Below, piece by piece: positions 36,493-45,804 of a stretch of 64,000 nt of DNA (positions within the stretch are counted from its first letter, which is position 1; every line of letters begins with the position of its first letter). The stretch comes from a virus. Lineage: Duplodnaviria > Caudoviricetes. The position numbers were made by a program, and so were the translations under genes. The stretch lies in the IMG/VR virus record IMGVR_UViG_3300005330_000014, positions 144,234 to 208,233 of that record. One strand, written 5' to 3'. Below the pieces are notes generated by a model, which saw only the letters and a program-made list of their open reading frames with translations, was not told the origin of the DNA and did not search any database.

Positions 36493-39400
36493 ATGGATAA
36501 GGTAACTTGCATATTTGGCAGTCATTATAGCTTCAGCGGTTCTAGCATTCTCACGGTTGACGAAGCAGAGGAAATTAATGAATCTAAACCAGTTTCGGTT
36601 TTTTCTATAGCTAAACACTACGAACTAAAAGACGTATTTTTAGCAGACAAAACATTAAGTGGCTTAATTGATTCGTATAATGCCGCCGGGAAAATCGGAA
36701 TCAATCTTCATTTTGGTTTTAAAGTCATTTGTTGCGAGGATATAAATGACAAAAGCGAAAAATCATTTGAAACTGAACATAAGATAATTGTTTGGTTAAA
36801 TGATTCGCGCGGCTACGTTAATTTTGTCAAATTGGTTTCAAAGGCACAAATTGACGGGTTTTATTATATCCCCCGCGTGGACAAGAATCTTTTGAAGGAA
36901 TTTTGGTCGGAACACCTTTCCATCTCAATCCCCTTCTATGATTCCTTTATTCATAAAAATACCTTAGAGTTCGGCAAGTGTGTTCCCGAGTTTCCCGCCG
37001 CCCCAACCCTATTTATAGAAAATAATGGGCTGCCATTCGATGACTTGCTAAAGGAACGGGTTTTAGAATATGGCAAAAGCGAAAATCTAGAAATTGTCAA
37101 TTCTAAATCAATTTACTATTATAAAAACGAAGATTATAAAGCTTATTTAGTAAATAAAGCAATTAATAAACGAACAACTTTAGAAAAACCTAACTTAGAA
37201 CATAATAGCTCAGATCAGTTTTCTTTTGAATCCGCGCAGGAAATTGGAATTGATTACGAAAATAAGTCAAAGTTTTCTCAATCATTTTCTAAATATAATT
37301 TACCGTTTTATGGTATCCGCCTCCCAAGCGTCGATATTACTTCGGAAATTAGAACCAAAATTGGCGCGAAAATTGATGATGACAATTATACTATTCTAAA
37401 AGCTTTATGTGTTACCGGCTTCAAACGAAGAATTGCTGATGGCACAATTCAAGACTCTGAAACTCAATGGTATAAAGATAGAATCAAACACGAATTAAAA
37501 ACGCTAAAAACTCTTGGGTTTGTTGATTATATCCTAATTGTTTGGGATATGGTTAACTTTTGCCATGATAACAAAATCCCAGTCGGGCGAGGTAGAGGCT
37601 CGGCAGCGGGCTCGGCAGTTTTGTATTTACTGAATATTACTGATATTCCAGTCAAAAGGCATGGACTTTGGTTTGAACGATTCTTGTCAGCGGATCGCGC
37701 GGCGGTAATTATTAAAGATGGTATTTCGTTTTTGCAAGATTCACCTGACGTAGATCAAGACGTTTCCCGCTCACAAAGATACAAAGTAGTTGACTATTTA
37801 AATAAAAAATATCCGGGGCAAACTTCTAAAATTCTCAATATATCAACCTTACAAGGGAAAGTATTAATTAAGGAAGTTGCTAAATGCGTGGATAATTGCG
37901 AGCAAACTGAACTTAATTTAATTACTGATTTGATTCCAGTAGAGTTCGGGAATGTTGCCGATATTGAAAGAACGTATAATGAAAATCCTGATTTCAAAAC
38001 TTGGTGCGACAATCATTCCGAATCTTATAAAATTGCTTTAAAATTGCGTGGACTCGCTAAAAATGTGTCCGTTCATGCTTCTGGCTATTTAATTACTCAC
38101 TGTCAAATTAATGAATTTATTCCAACACAACTGACCGCCGATAAAGAGATAGTTAGTTCTTTTGATATGTATTCCGCCGGGAATATTGCGGTTAAGATTG
38201 ATTTGCTTGGATTGAAGACTTTAGATATTTTAGATACGGCTGGCAAATTATGCGACAAACCTTTTGATAAAATAAACATTGATGATCCAAGTATCTATAA
38301 GTACTTATCAAATCCTGAAGCCCCTTTTATGGGTATATTTCAGGCGGAAGAAGGATTAGGAGAAAAAACTTTAAGAAAAATCAGTCCTGAAAAGATTGAT
38401 CATATTATTGACTCTATTGCAATTGGTCGCCCGGGCGCTATGCGATACACCCAAGACTATTGCGATTTCAAAACTAAAGTTAAATTTCCTAATATTGATC
38501 CTCGCGTCGAAGACATTTTGGGGCCGACTGGCGGACTTTTGATATATCAAGAACAACTCATGGCATTAAGCGTGAGAATGGCAAAGTTTACTCCAATCGA
38601 GTCTGGAGGAATTAGAAAAGCTGTTGGCAAAAAAATCAAAGCCAAAATGCTTTCGTATAAAGAAAGATTCATTAAACAAAGTATTGAAAACGATTATTCG
38701 GAAGAGTATTCAGAAGATATTTGGAAGACTTTTGAAAATAGCGCAGACTATTCTTTCAATCTTAGCCACAGTGCAAGTTATGGCTATTTAACAGCTATTA
38801 CTGCTTATTTCAAAGCTAACCACCCGAAAGAGTTTTTCTTAGCATTACTTAAAAATGCACAAAATGAATCTGAACCATTAACTGAAGTAAACAAAATTCA
38901 AAAAGAATTAAAATACTTTGGAATCCAACTGTTACCCCCTTGCTTATTAAAAGGCAATATTGATTTTGTTATTGAGGGAAACGACATTCGGTTTGGTTTG
39001 AATTCTATTAAAGGACTTGGTGAAGCAGTAATTGAAAAACTTAATAATTTCCGCCCGGAAAATTGTAATAAATTCCAAATGTTTCAAGCCGCGCGGCAAG
39101 CTGGATTGTCTTGCGGTGCAATGGCGGCGCTTGTTATGTCCGGCGCTTTGGATATATTTGTTAAAGAATCTCGCAGTAAATTATCATTTGAATGCTTACT
39201 TTTCTCTAAACTAAAAGACAAAGAAAAACTATTTTGTATTGATAATGCTCCACAGTATAATGATGACTTAATTACAATGTGTCAAGATATTCTGAATTGG
39301 CATGACTCCCGAGGGAAAAAAGTCGCACGCTCTACCCGTTTAAATACTCTCAGAAAAGAAACTAAAAAGTATCAAGAAATCTATAGGAATAACAAAGCCA

Positions 39401-39909
39401 ATCAAGCTTTAAGTAACTATTGGTACGAAAAAGAATTACTTGGGTTCGGCTATTCTAGCAATCTAAAAACAATATTTAGTGAGTCGGGCAGCCGCACGGA
39501 CTTAATTAACTTGGAAGAATACCAAAATCTTGACCCTAATAAAACCGGAATCGTTGTTTGTATTGTTGATGATGTTAAAACTTCAATTTCTAAAAAGGGT
39601 AATGCGGTGATGAAATTGTTTGTTAGCGATGAAACTAAATGTAATTACTTTTATTTCGCGGGCAAATCTTACCAAGAATATCTATCAGAAAACAAGACGC
39701 CACCTAAAGAAAAGGATATTATTGCAATTAAATTAATGAAATCCAAAGATGGAACTTCAGGATTTGTCCAAAAATTATCCATTCAATCAGTGAAAATCTT
39801 CACGAAAATGTCGGAAATTAAGGATGCCCCACTTGAAAACACAGAGGAAAACGAAATAATTGTGCAAAAAATCGCAGAAAACCCACAAACGGAAATGATA
39901 TATTCCTGA
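36493..39909 (+). CDS. dnaE: DNA polymerase III alpha subunit (family C)
   Basis: PHP-like N-domain, GRGSAAGS, PDVDQD, SVHASG, KIDLLGL, YSFNLSHSASY, OB fold; no intein. Confidence 0.95.
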   Translation: MDKVTCIFGSHYSFSGSSILTVDEAEEINESKPVSVFSIAKHYELKDVFLADKTLSGLIDSYNAAGKIGINLHFGFKVICCEDINDKSEKSFETEHKIIVWLNDSRGYVNFVKLVSKAQIDGFYYIPRVDKNLLKEFWSEHLSISIPFYDSFIHKNTLEFGKCVPEFPAAPTLFIENNGLPFDDLLKERVLEYGKSENLEIVNSKSIYYYKNEDYKAYLVNKAINKRTTLEKPNLEHNSSDQFSFESAQEIGIDYENKSKFSQSFSKYNLPFYGIRLPSVDITSEIRTKIGAKIDDDNYTILKALCVTGFKRRIADGTIQDSETQWYKDRIKHELKTLKTLGFVDYILIVWDMVNFCHDNKIPVGRGRGSAAGSAVLYLLNITDIPVKRHGLWFERFLSADRAAVIIKDGISFLQDSPDVDQDVSRSQRYKVVDYLNKKYPGQTSKILNISTLQGKVLIKEVAKCVDNCEQTELNLITDLIPVEFGNVADIERTYNENPDFKTWCDNHSESYKIALKLRGLAKNVSVHASGYLITHCQINEFIPTQLTADKEIVSSFDMYSAGNIAVKIDLLGLKTLDILDTAGKLCDKPFDKINIDDPSIYKYLSNPEAPFMGIFQAEEGLGEKTLRKISPEKIDHIIDSIAIGRPGAMRYTQDYCDFKTKVKFPNIDPRVEDILGPTGGLLIYQEQLMALSVRMAKFTPIESGGIRKAVGKKIKAKMLSYKERFIKQSIENDYSEEYSEDIWKTFENSADYSFNLSHSASYGYLTAITAYFKANHPKEFFLALLKNAQNESEPLTEVNKIQKELKYFGIQLLPPCLLKGNIDFVIEGNDIRFGLNSIKGLGEAVIEKLNNFRPENCNKFQMFQAARQAGLSCGAMAALVMSGALDIFVKESRSKLSFECLLFSKLKDKEKLFCIDNAPQYNDDLITMCQDILNWHDSRGKKVARSTRLNTLRKETKKYQEIYRNNKANQALSNYWYEKELLGFGYSSNLKTIFSESGSRTDLINLEEYQNLDPNKTGIVVCIVDDVKTSISKKGNAVMKLFVSDETKCNYFYFAGKSYQEYLSENKTPPKEKDIIAIKLMKSKDGTSGFVQKLSIQSVKIFTKMSEIKDAPLENTEENEIIVQKIAENPQTEMIYS

Positions 39910-39919
39910 AGAGGCTTAA

Positions 39920-40138
39920 ATGCAACGAAATCCAGACAATAATATCATTCGAGTAAGCCGCGCGGAATTAGATAAATTAGGTTATAAACCTCTTGAAATA
40001 ACTAAAGATAAAAAAGGAAATGTAATCCCCGCGCCTGCCGGTAGTTTATTAGCTTTACTTAAAGATGAAAATTTATGGGCTGAGTTAGACAAACACGCGA
40101 AAGTAACGCCCGATAAACATTTAATACTGATTAAATAA
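39920..40138 (+). CDS. Hypothetical protein
   Basis: 72 aa. Confidence 0.5.
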   Translation: MQRNPDNNIIRVSRAELDKLGYKPLEITKDKKGNVIPAPAGSLLALLKDENLWAELDKHAKVTPDKHLILIK

Positions 40139-40563
40139 TGAATAAGAAACTACTAAAACAATTTTTAAAATCAGATAAAGAGCAAAGAGTTGCATATTTA
40201 CATGGTACAAAATATTACATTGATTGGGATGAATCCAAAAAGGAATTAGCTTATTTTCATTGGAAAACAAATAAAATCTTTAGTAAAAGCGATCAACCTT
40301 CAAAATGCCTGCAATGTAAAAAATCTTTCAAAAAAGACCCTGACCCAAATAATAATTATTGGTATGATCCGTGTTTAGGAATTCTGCCCGGCGTATCTGA
40401 TGCTTGTTGCGGGCATGGCGTTGAAGACGGATATATTAGCTTCAAAAATGGTATTGTGCTTAGATTTCCTAAAGAGGTTACAATAGAACGATATAAGAAC
40501 TACAAAACTAAAGAAGATACTTCGACAATTAAAGTTACTAACTTAAATGGCATAGAATTATGA
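40138..40563 (+). CDS. Hypothetical Cys/His-containing protein
   Basis: CLQC, DPCLG..ACCGHG. Confidence 0.6.
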   Translation: MNKKLLKQFLKSDKEQRVAYLHGTKYYIDWDESKKELAYFHWKTNKIFSKSDQPSKCLQCKKSFKKDPDPNNNYWYDPCLGILPGVSDACCGHGVEDGYISFKNGIVLRFPKEVTIERYKNYKTKEDTSTIKVTNLNGIEL

Positions 40564-40736
40564 AAGTAAAACAAAAATATTGGTATAAACAATACGTCGG
40601 AGAATGTCCAGTTTGTGGTCGCAATCAAGGATATAAAATCCGAGTAAACGGTAAAAAACCTAAGAATCTCAAAAAAGTATATATCCAATTATCTCATTTA
40701 GAAACATACGATCATTGTCTCGAACAAGAGTTTTAA
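40560..40736 (+). CDS. Small zinc-ribbon-like protein (58 aa)
   Basis: ATG 40560 to TAA 40736; CPVC. Confidence 0.5.
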   Translation: MKVKQKYWYKQYVGECPVCGRNQGYKIRVNGKKPKNLKKVYIQLSHLETYDHCLEQEF

Positions 40737-40930
40737 TGGAAGAACCAATTAAATTACTAACCCGCGCAGAATGCTCAGAGATTCTTAAATCGCGCGGCTA
40801 CACGTTAGCAGATTATCCGGGCGTTTGGTTCACTCCTAACGGAGATAAATTAGCTTGGTTTCAAGCGGTTTGCCAAGAAGGATTAAAATTTGATAGAAAA
40901 GACAAACCTTGGATCAAGAAAGAAAGTTAA
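40736..40930 (+). CDS. Hypothetical protein
   Basis: Start moved to ATG 40736 (TAATG overlap). Confidence 0.5.
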   Translation: MEEPIKLLTRAECSEILKSRGYTLADYPGVWFTPNGDKLAWFQAVCQEGLKFDRKDKPWIKKES

Positions 40931-41034
40931 ATATATGGAACCAGACAGAAGAGACGATGGAACGTTAATAGTAATATTAGTCATGTTGGGTTTAATGAGT
41001 TTGCCATTTGTAATAACGTTAATATATAGATAAT

Positions 41035-41244
41035 ATGAAATACCGAATAATCAAAGATGGCGAAAATAAGTATCATATTGAACGCAGAATTTTTATGATT
41101 TGGTGGGATGTTGACGACAATCATCCTGTTCATAATAGTGAAACATTGTATTTCCAAAGGATATCATCCGCCGAGTTTTATATCAAGCAACTGGAATACG
41201 AACAAAATAGAAAATCTGAAATAGTAAAAGAATTAGAATACTAA
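41035..41244 (+). CDS. Hypothetical protein
   Basis: 69 aa. Confidence 0.55.
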   Translation: MKYRIIKDGENKYHIERRIFMIWWDVDDNHPVHNSETLYFQRISSAEFYIKQLEYEQNRKSEIVKELEY

Positions 41245-41246
41245 AT

Positions 41247-41525
41247 ATGAACTACTATAAAATCAATTATCGTGGCCGCTCTAATTATGGCTGCAATAGT
41301 CATAGTTTTTATGAATTGATTGTTGAAGGAGTGTCCGAAAAGGACGCTATATCTAAATTACCTAATATTGCTAAATTAGATATTGAATCAGGTCATTCAG
41401 TTCTCTCCATAGAGAATGTAGAGCTTGCAAATATAAATGAATATAATAATCAGCTTCGTTTAGCCAAAGAAAAAGACGAAAAAAGAGTTAAACGATTAAT
41501 TTGGAATAGTTATCTGAAATCATGA
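41247..41525 (+). CDS. Hypothetical protein
   Basis: 92 aa. Confidence 0.55.
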   Translation: MNYYKINYRGRSNYGCNSHSFYELIVEGVSEKDAISKLPNIAKLDIESGHSVLSIENVELANINEYNNQLRLAKEKDEKRVKRLIWNSYLKS

Positions 41526-42052
41526 AGGGTATTGTAGCTATTTCAGAAAATTGGGGAATCGGGCGAAACAACGTGCTTCCGTGGCCTTCTATAAAATCCG
41601 ATTTCGCTTGGTTTAAGAAATCCACCCTTAATCAAAGTATTATAGTGGGGCGGACAACCGCCAAAGACCTACCCCCGCTTCCCAACCGTTTCATTTATAC
41701 TTTAAGTTCAAAATATGCTGACCCAAATAACTTAGAAACTGATTTATGGGGCGAGCCAATTCAACGAACCTACAATACTAATACCAAAGGTGATTTTTAC
41801 GTCAATCATTATATTCATAAAATTGAACAAGCCCCGGCGGACTCTTGGTTATGTGGCGGTGCTTCAATTTACAAGCAATTCCTTCATTTATGTGATGAAT
41901 TATATGTAACTCATGTGAATGGAGTTTATGAATGCGATACCTATTTCCCTTTTAGTTTAGTTCAAATCACTCATTTATTTCCGTATGTAACAAAAATACA
42001 TGATTTGGATGGTGGCCATAAAATTGTTAGATATAGTAAAAATGAGTCATAA
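41522..42052 (+). CDS. folA: Dihydrofolate reductase
   Basis: IVA...GIG..N.LPW, D..WF, IVGRTT, LPNR, GGASIY, CDTYFP. Confidence 0.95.
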   Translation: MKGIVAISENWGIGRNNVLPWPSIKSDFAWFKKSTLNQSIIVGRTTAKDLPPLPNRFIYTLSSKYADPNNLETDLWGEPIQRTYNTNTKGDFYVNHYIHKIEQAPADSWLCGGASIYKQFLHLCDELYVTHVNGVYECDTYFPFSLVQITHLFPYVTKIHDLDGGHKIVRYSKNES

Positions 42053-42344
42053 AAAATTGCCTCAAATTAAAAATCCTGAAAATTTTATTGGTTATAAAAT
42101 CGGTAAATTAGAAGTAATAGGATTTGATAGATTAGAATGGTTTGATTCTATTGGTAGAAGAGAGAAAAAATTAAAAAATTATATAAATGGACTAGACAGG
42201 GTAGATTCTTCTAAGGGTTACATAAAAGATAATGTTGTAACATGTTGCGAAAATTGTAATAGAGCAAAATTAGATTTAACACAACAAGAATTTTTTGCAA
42301 TGATTAAAAGTATATATGAAAATCATAATTTATCTACGAAATGA
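42042..42344 (+). pseudogene. HNH endonuclease remnant with internal deletion
   Basis: GYKIGKLEV N-terminus joined directly to GLDRVDSSKGY..DNVVTCC..CN.AK. Confidence 0.6.
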
Positions 42345-42422
42345 TTAGCAATATTCTATATCTTTTAGGTTCGATTTTCTTTGCGGCGGGCACAATTATT
42401 AACATGTTAAAAAATTAAAACT

Positions 42423-42668
42423 ATGGGTGAAAATAATGACTTAACTGAAAAAGAACCCCCAACAAATACTTACACAACGACTTGGAATTACCGTCCTGAT
42501 TTAGTGGCGGGTCTGAAAGAAATGAATAAATATTATATGACATTTTCTACTGTTTCCACTGCATACCATGATGCTGGAGTTTCTCTTGAATCCGTTCATT
42601 CTAAAAAAATCAAATCTCACAATCACCCATTAACAAATATGTTTGTAATTGAATCGGCCAAATCATGA
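42423..42668 (+). CDS. Hypothetical protein with near-C-terminal HNHPLTNMF
   Basis: 81 aa; overlaps the clpP start. Confidence 0.6.
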   Translation: MGENNDLTEKEPPTNTYTTTWNYRPDLVAGLKEMNKYYMTFSTVSTAYHDAGVSLESVHSKKIKSHNHPLTNMFVIESAKS

Positions 42669-43267
42669 ATATTATAGTAAATAAAGACAAGAATATTGCC
42701 GCTGACCCTCTTTTAAATAAACCGGAATTAATTTATGTAAGGGATTTCAATGAAGATTCCTATAAAAAACTAAAAGAAGATTTTAGTAAAGCGATAAATG
42801 CTGAATTTGATGTTATTCCAGTAATTATAGATTCATATGGCGGCACTGTCGATAGTTTACTCGGAATGATATCTATTTTTAGAAATTCTCCTATTCCGGT
42901 GGCTACTATACTAGAAAGTAAAGCAATGTCTTGTGGTATTATTTTATTCTCATGTGGAACGCCCGGCTACCGTTATATGTCTGATTTAGCTAGTATAATG
43001 ATACATGAAGTTAGTAACTTTTCTCATGGTAAAATTGAAGATATGAAAGTATCTGTTGAGTATGGAACTTTACTAAATAATAAGATTTTTTCTATATTGG
43101 ACAAAAATTGCAAACAGCCGCCCGGATTCTTTCAAAAAGAAATGCATAAACGAAAAAATACTGATTGGTTTTTAGGAGCGGCGGAAGCAAAAAAACTAGG
43201 TATTGCCGACCACATTAAAATCCCAAATTTCACAGTATCAGTAAGTCAAAAATGCGTATTAAATTAA
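42665..43267 (+). CDS. clpP: ClpP-like protease
   Basis: IDSYGG, AMSCG, IMIHE, DWFL.A.EA..LGIADHI. Confidence 0.85.
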   Translation: MNIIVNKDKNIAADPLLNKPELIYVRDFNEDSYKKLKEDFSKAINAEFDVIPVIIDSYGGTVDSLLGMISIFRNSPIPVATILESKAMSCGIILFSCGTPGYRYMSDLASIMIHEVSNFSHGKIEDMKVSVEYGTLLNNKIFSILDKNCKQPPGFFQKEMHKRKNTDWFLGAAEAKKLGIADHIKIPNFTVSVSQKCVLN

Positions 43268-43276
43268 TTTTAAATT

Positions 43277-43483
43277 ATGAATAAATCTTATAGATTCTTT
43301 TATCATTTTCGTAAATCCACGCGTGGCATGACTGTGCATTTTAAAAATACCTGCCTCTCCTGCAAAAACGTAGTTTGTAAAACTGAATGTTCTACTAAAT
43401 GGAATTCCCGGCAACCTAGATTGGTTATGCAAGGATTTGCTAAAAAAGTTACTGTAGAAAATGATATAGCTTATATAGAATGA
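43277..43483 (+). CDS. Hypothetical protein
   Basis: 68 aa. Confidence 0.55.
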   Translation: MNKSYRFFYHFRKSTRGMTVHFKNTCLSCKNVVCKTECSTKWNSRQPRLVMQGFAKKVTVENDIAYIE

Positions 43484-43950
43484 GTAGTCTAACTTTATTA
43501 GTTGGGTCCATAGCGTCAGGAAAATCAACTTATATATCTCAAAATATAAACGAAAACGTTTTAGTAATTAATGACGACGCTATCGTTAATGCTCTACACG
43601 GTAATTTTTATAGATTTTACAACAAAAAACTTAAACCTTTATACAAATCTATTGAAAATTTGGCTATTAGTTGGGGGTTATCCGCCGGATTAGATGTTGT
43701 TATTGATCGACCAAATCTAAGTCCAGATACTAGACAAAGATATATTCAACTAGCCAAATCATTTGATTGTAAAGATATCATTGCAGTAGTATTTCCGATG
43801 ATAACTCCAGAAGAGGCCGCTCGCCGTCGCTTTAATTCAGACAATCGCGGACAAAATTATGAATATTGGCTTCGCGCGGCTCAAGATCAATTAAAATCAT
43901 ATAAAACGGTAGAATTAAATGAAGGATTTAGCGAAATAGTTAATCTATAA
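43480..43950 (+). CDS. P-loop kinase (AAA_33 / PNK-like)
   Basis: GSIASGKST, VVIDRPN, R..R. Confidence 0.75.
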   Translation: MSSLTLLVGSIASGKSTYISQNINENVLVINDDAIVNALHGNFYRFYNKKLKPLYKSIENLAISWGLSAGLDVVIDRPNLSPDTRQRYIQLAKSFDCKDIIAVVFPMITPEEAARRRFNSDNRGQNYEYWLRAAQDQLKSYKTVELNEGFSEIVNL

Positions 43951-43951
43951 C

Positions 43952-44362
43952 ATGAACCAAGAACAACAAGAAGCTTTACAGCAAGATGTTAATGCTAAAC
44001 GTCAAACCTTAACTGATGGATTACCTGAAGAAATTGAAAAACAATTCAAAGCAGTCGAAAAAGCAGTTAAAACATTAGTAGATGCCAAGGTAGTTTTTTA
44101 CTTATTTCCTTTATTGCCGGATAATACAGGCAGACAGGGAACTTGGCAATGGAACTCCATCGGCGCATTGGCTGAATATGATCAATCGGGGAATGTTACC
44201 GAAAATTGGAAACAAGTTACTAGTGATATGAATATCGGGTTAGTTTGCTCAGTATTTCATACTTTCGTTAATCAAAGTCAATATGCACAATTTTCTGAAA
44301 ACGATAAGTTGCTTATGTACATGGAATGGTTAAAAGATAGTTTAAATTTAAAAAATGAGTAA
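43952..44362 (+). CDS. Hypothetical protein
   Basis: 136 aa. Confidence 0.55.
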   Translation: MNQEQQEALQQDVNAKRQTLTDGLPEEIEKQFKAVEKAVKTLVDAKVVFYLFPLLPDNTGRQGTWQWNSIGALAEYDQSGNVTENWKQVTSDMNIGLVCSVFHTFVNQSQYAQFSENDKLLMYMEWLKDSLNLKNE

Positions 44363-45365
44363 ATATCTATCATATAAAGACGTTTGTTTAGTTCCTAAGT
44401 ATTCGGAGTTAGAAAGCCGCGCGCTGGCCGATACTTCAGTGGACTTATGCGGATTTAGATTCAAGCTTCCATGTGTGCCCGCGAATATGGAGACGGTAAT
44501 TGATCCTAAAATAGCTCATTTCTTAAGCGAGAATGGTTATTTCTATATAATGCACCGATTCAATATTGATGTTGATTTCGTACGTAAAGCACAAGATTGG
44601 AAATTGATTAGTATTAGCTGCGGAGTTAACTACAATCAGAAAGAAGCCGACTTATTAGGAGATGCTTATGTTAATAACCGAAGAATCGACTTCATTACTA
44701 TTGATGTGGCCCACGGCGATCACCTTAAAGTTAAACAGAAAATAGAATGGCTTAAGCAAGTTTTCCCAAAAACCAAGATTATTGCTGGTAATATAGCCAC
44801 CCCACAAGCCGCGCGGCATTTAGTTAAATGGGGTGCGGACATAATTAAGGCCGGAATTGCGGGCGGAAGCATTTGCAGCACTCGTTATCAAACAGGTTTT
44901 CATATTCCTATGTTTAGTTGCATTAAGAATATTGATTATGATTTTCGCCCGGCTACTTATTCGTTTTACGTAGGGTCTAATCCACATGGAATACCTAATC
45001 GAGCCGGAATAACTAATCAAATTAACACTCCTATTATTGCCGATGGTTCTATTTCTAACATTGGAGATATTGCCAAAGCAATCAACGCCGGGGCCACTAT
45101 GGTTATGTGCGGTAAATTATTTGCTGAATGTATAGATTCCCCGGCCAAAACAGTTAATGGTAAAAAGCAATATTACGGTTCTACCTCATTTGAGGCAAAG
45201 AAAACTAATTCCCATATTGAGGGACATTTATTAGAAATGGATTTTGGAGTAACCGTGCAAGAAAGATTAAAAGAAATAGAAATGGCTCTCCAGTCTTCGA
45301 TTTCCTACGCGGGCGGCAATAAAATTGAAGATTTAAGAAAAGTAGATTATATAGAGGTTAATTAA
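44355..45365 (+). CDS. guaC: GMP reductase
   Basis: PANMETVID, YIMHRF, ITIDVAHG, IAGNIAT, GSICSTR, LQSSISYAGG. Confidence 0.9.
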   Translation: MSKYLSYKDVCLVPKYSELESRALADTSVDLCGFRFKLPCVPANMETVIDPKIAHFLSENGYFYIMHRFNIDVDFVRKAQDWKLISISCGVNYNQKEADLLGDAYVNNRRIDFITIDVAHGDHLKVKQKIEWLKQVFPKTKIIAGNIATPQAARHLVKWGADIIKAGIAGGSICSTRYQTGFHIPMFSCIKNIDYDFRPATYSFYVGSNPHGIPNRAGITNQINTPIIADGSISNIGDIAKAINAGATMVMCGKLFAECIDSPAKTVNGKKQYYGSTSFEAKKTNSHIEGHLLEMDFGVTVQERLKEIEMALQSSISYAGGNKIEDLRKVDYIEVN

Positions 45366-45369
45366 GTTA

Positions 45370-45795
45370 ATGTTTCAAATTTTTAACCCGTTTAAATCAG
45401 TCACAAGAAATAGTGAAGTTTTAATCACTACTTGGGGCATCGCGCCCACGCACCGAATGGAAGAAGTAATTAAAAATGTTAGCCACGCGGCCAAGGTTAA
45501 ATTACTTGTTGGATTTAGTAAAGAAACACATGATTTAAAAAAACTGCATCAAACACTGATGTATTATAAAAGGTTGGGCTGGATTGTTAAAGCCATGCCC
45601 GGCTTTCATGCTAAAATTTGGTTAATTAATAATGATTGTTGGGTAGGATCGGCGAACTGGTGCCCGAATACTATTCATAATTACATGCATAGAACAAAAA
45701 TAACCACGCGAATTAGAAATTTTACAAATCTTCATTGGAAAAATTCATATAATGTAAATGAAACGACCAAACTTTGGTTGCTGGCACAAAAATAA
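45370..45795 (+). CDS. Phospholipase-D-fold nuclease (single HKD-like motif)
   Basis: FHAKIWLIN...VGSANW. Confidence 0.7.
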   Translation: MFQIFNPFKSVTRNSEVLITTWGIAPTHRMEEVIKNVSHAAKVKLLVGFSKETHDLKKLHQTLMYYKRLGWIVKAMPGFHAKIWLINNDCWVGSANWCPNTIHNYMHRTKITTRIRNFTNLHWKNSYNVNETTKLWLLAQK

Positions 45796-45804
45796 TCCTA
45801 ATTC

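Noticed and set aside
13899-39909. Inteins or introns in RecA, DnaB or DnaE
   Set aside because: Lengths are normal and no C/S...HN intein termini or LAGLIDADG blocks were seen
4423-42041. Longest-ORF starts given by the track for several genes (4423, 5120, 5685, 7028, 8129, 13851, 24944, 27999, 30940, 40715, 42000)
   Set aside because: They overlap upstream genes; internal ATGs adjacent to upstream stops or an RBS give the expected N-termini
36075-42644. Diversity-generating retroelement explaining the HNHPLT repeats
   Set aside because: Shared DNA is only 27 nt, differences include T/C changes at synonymous sites, and no reverse transcriptase or long template repeat is present
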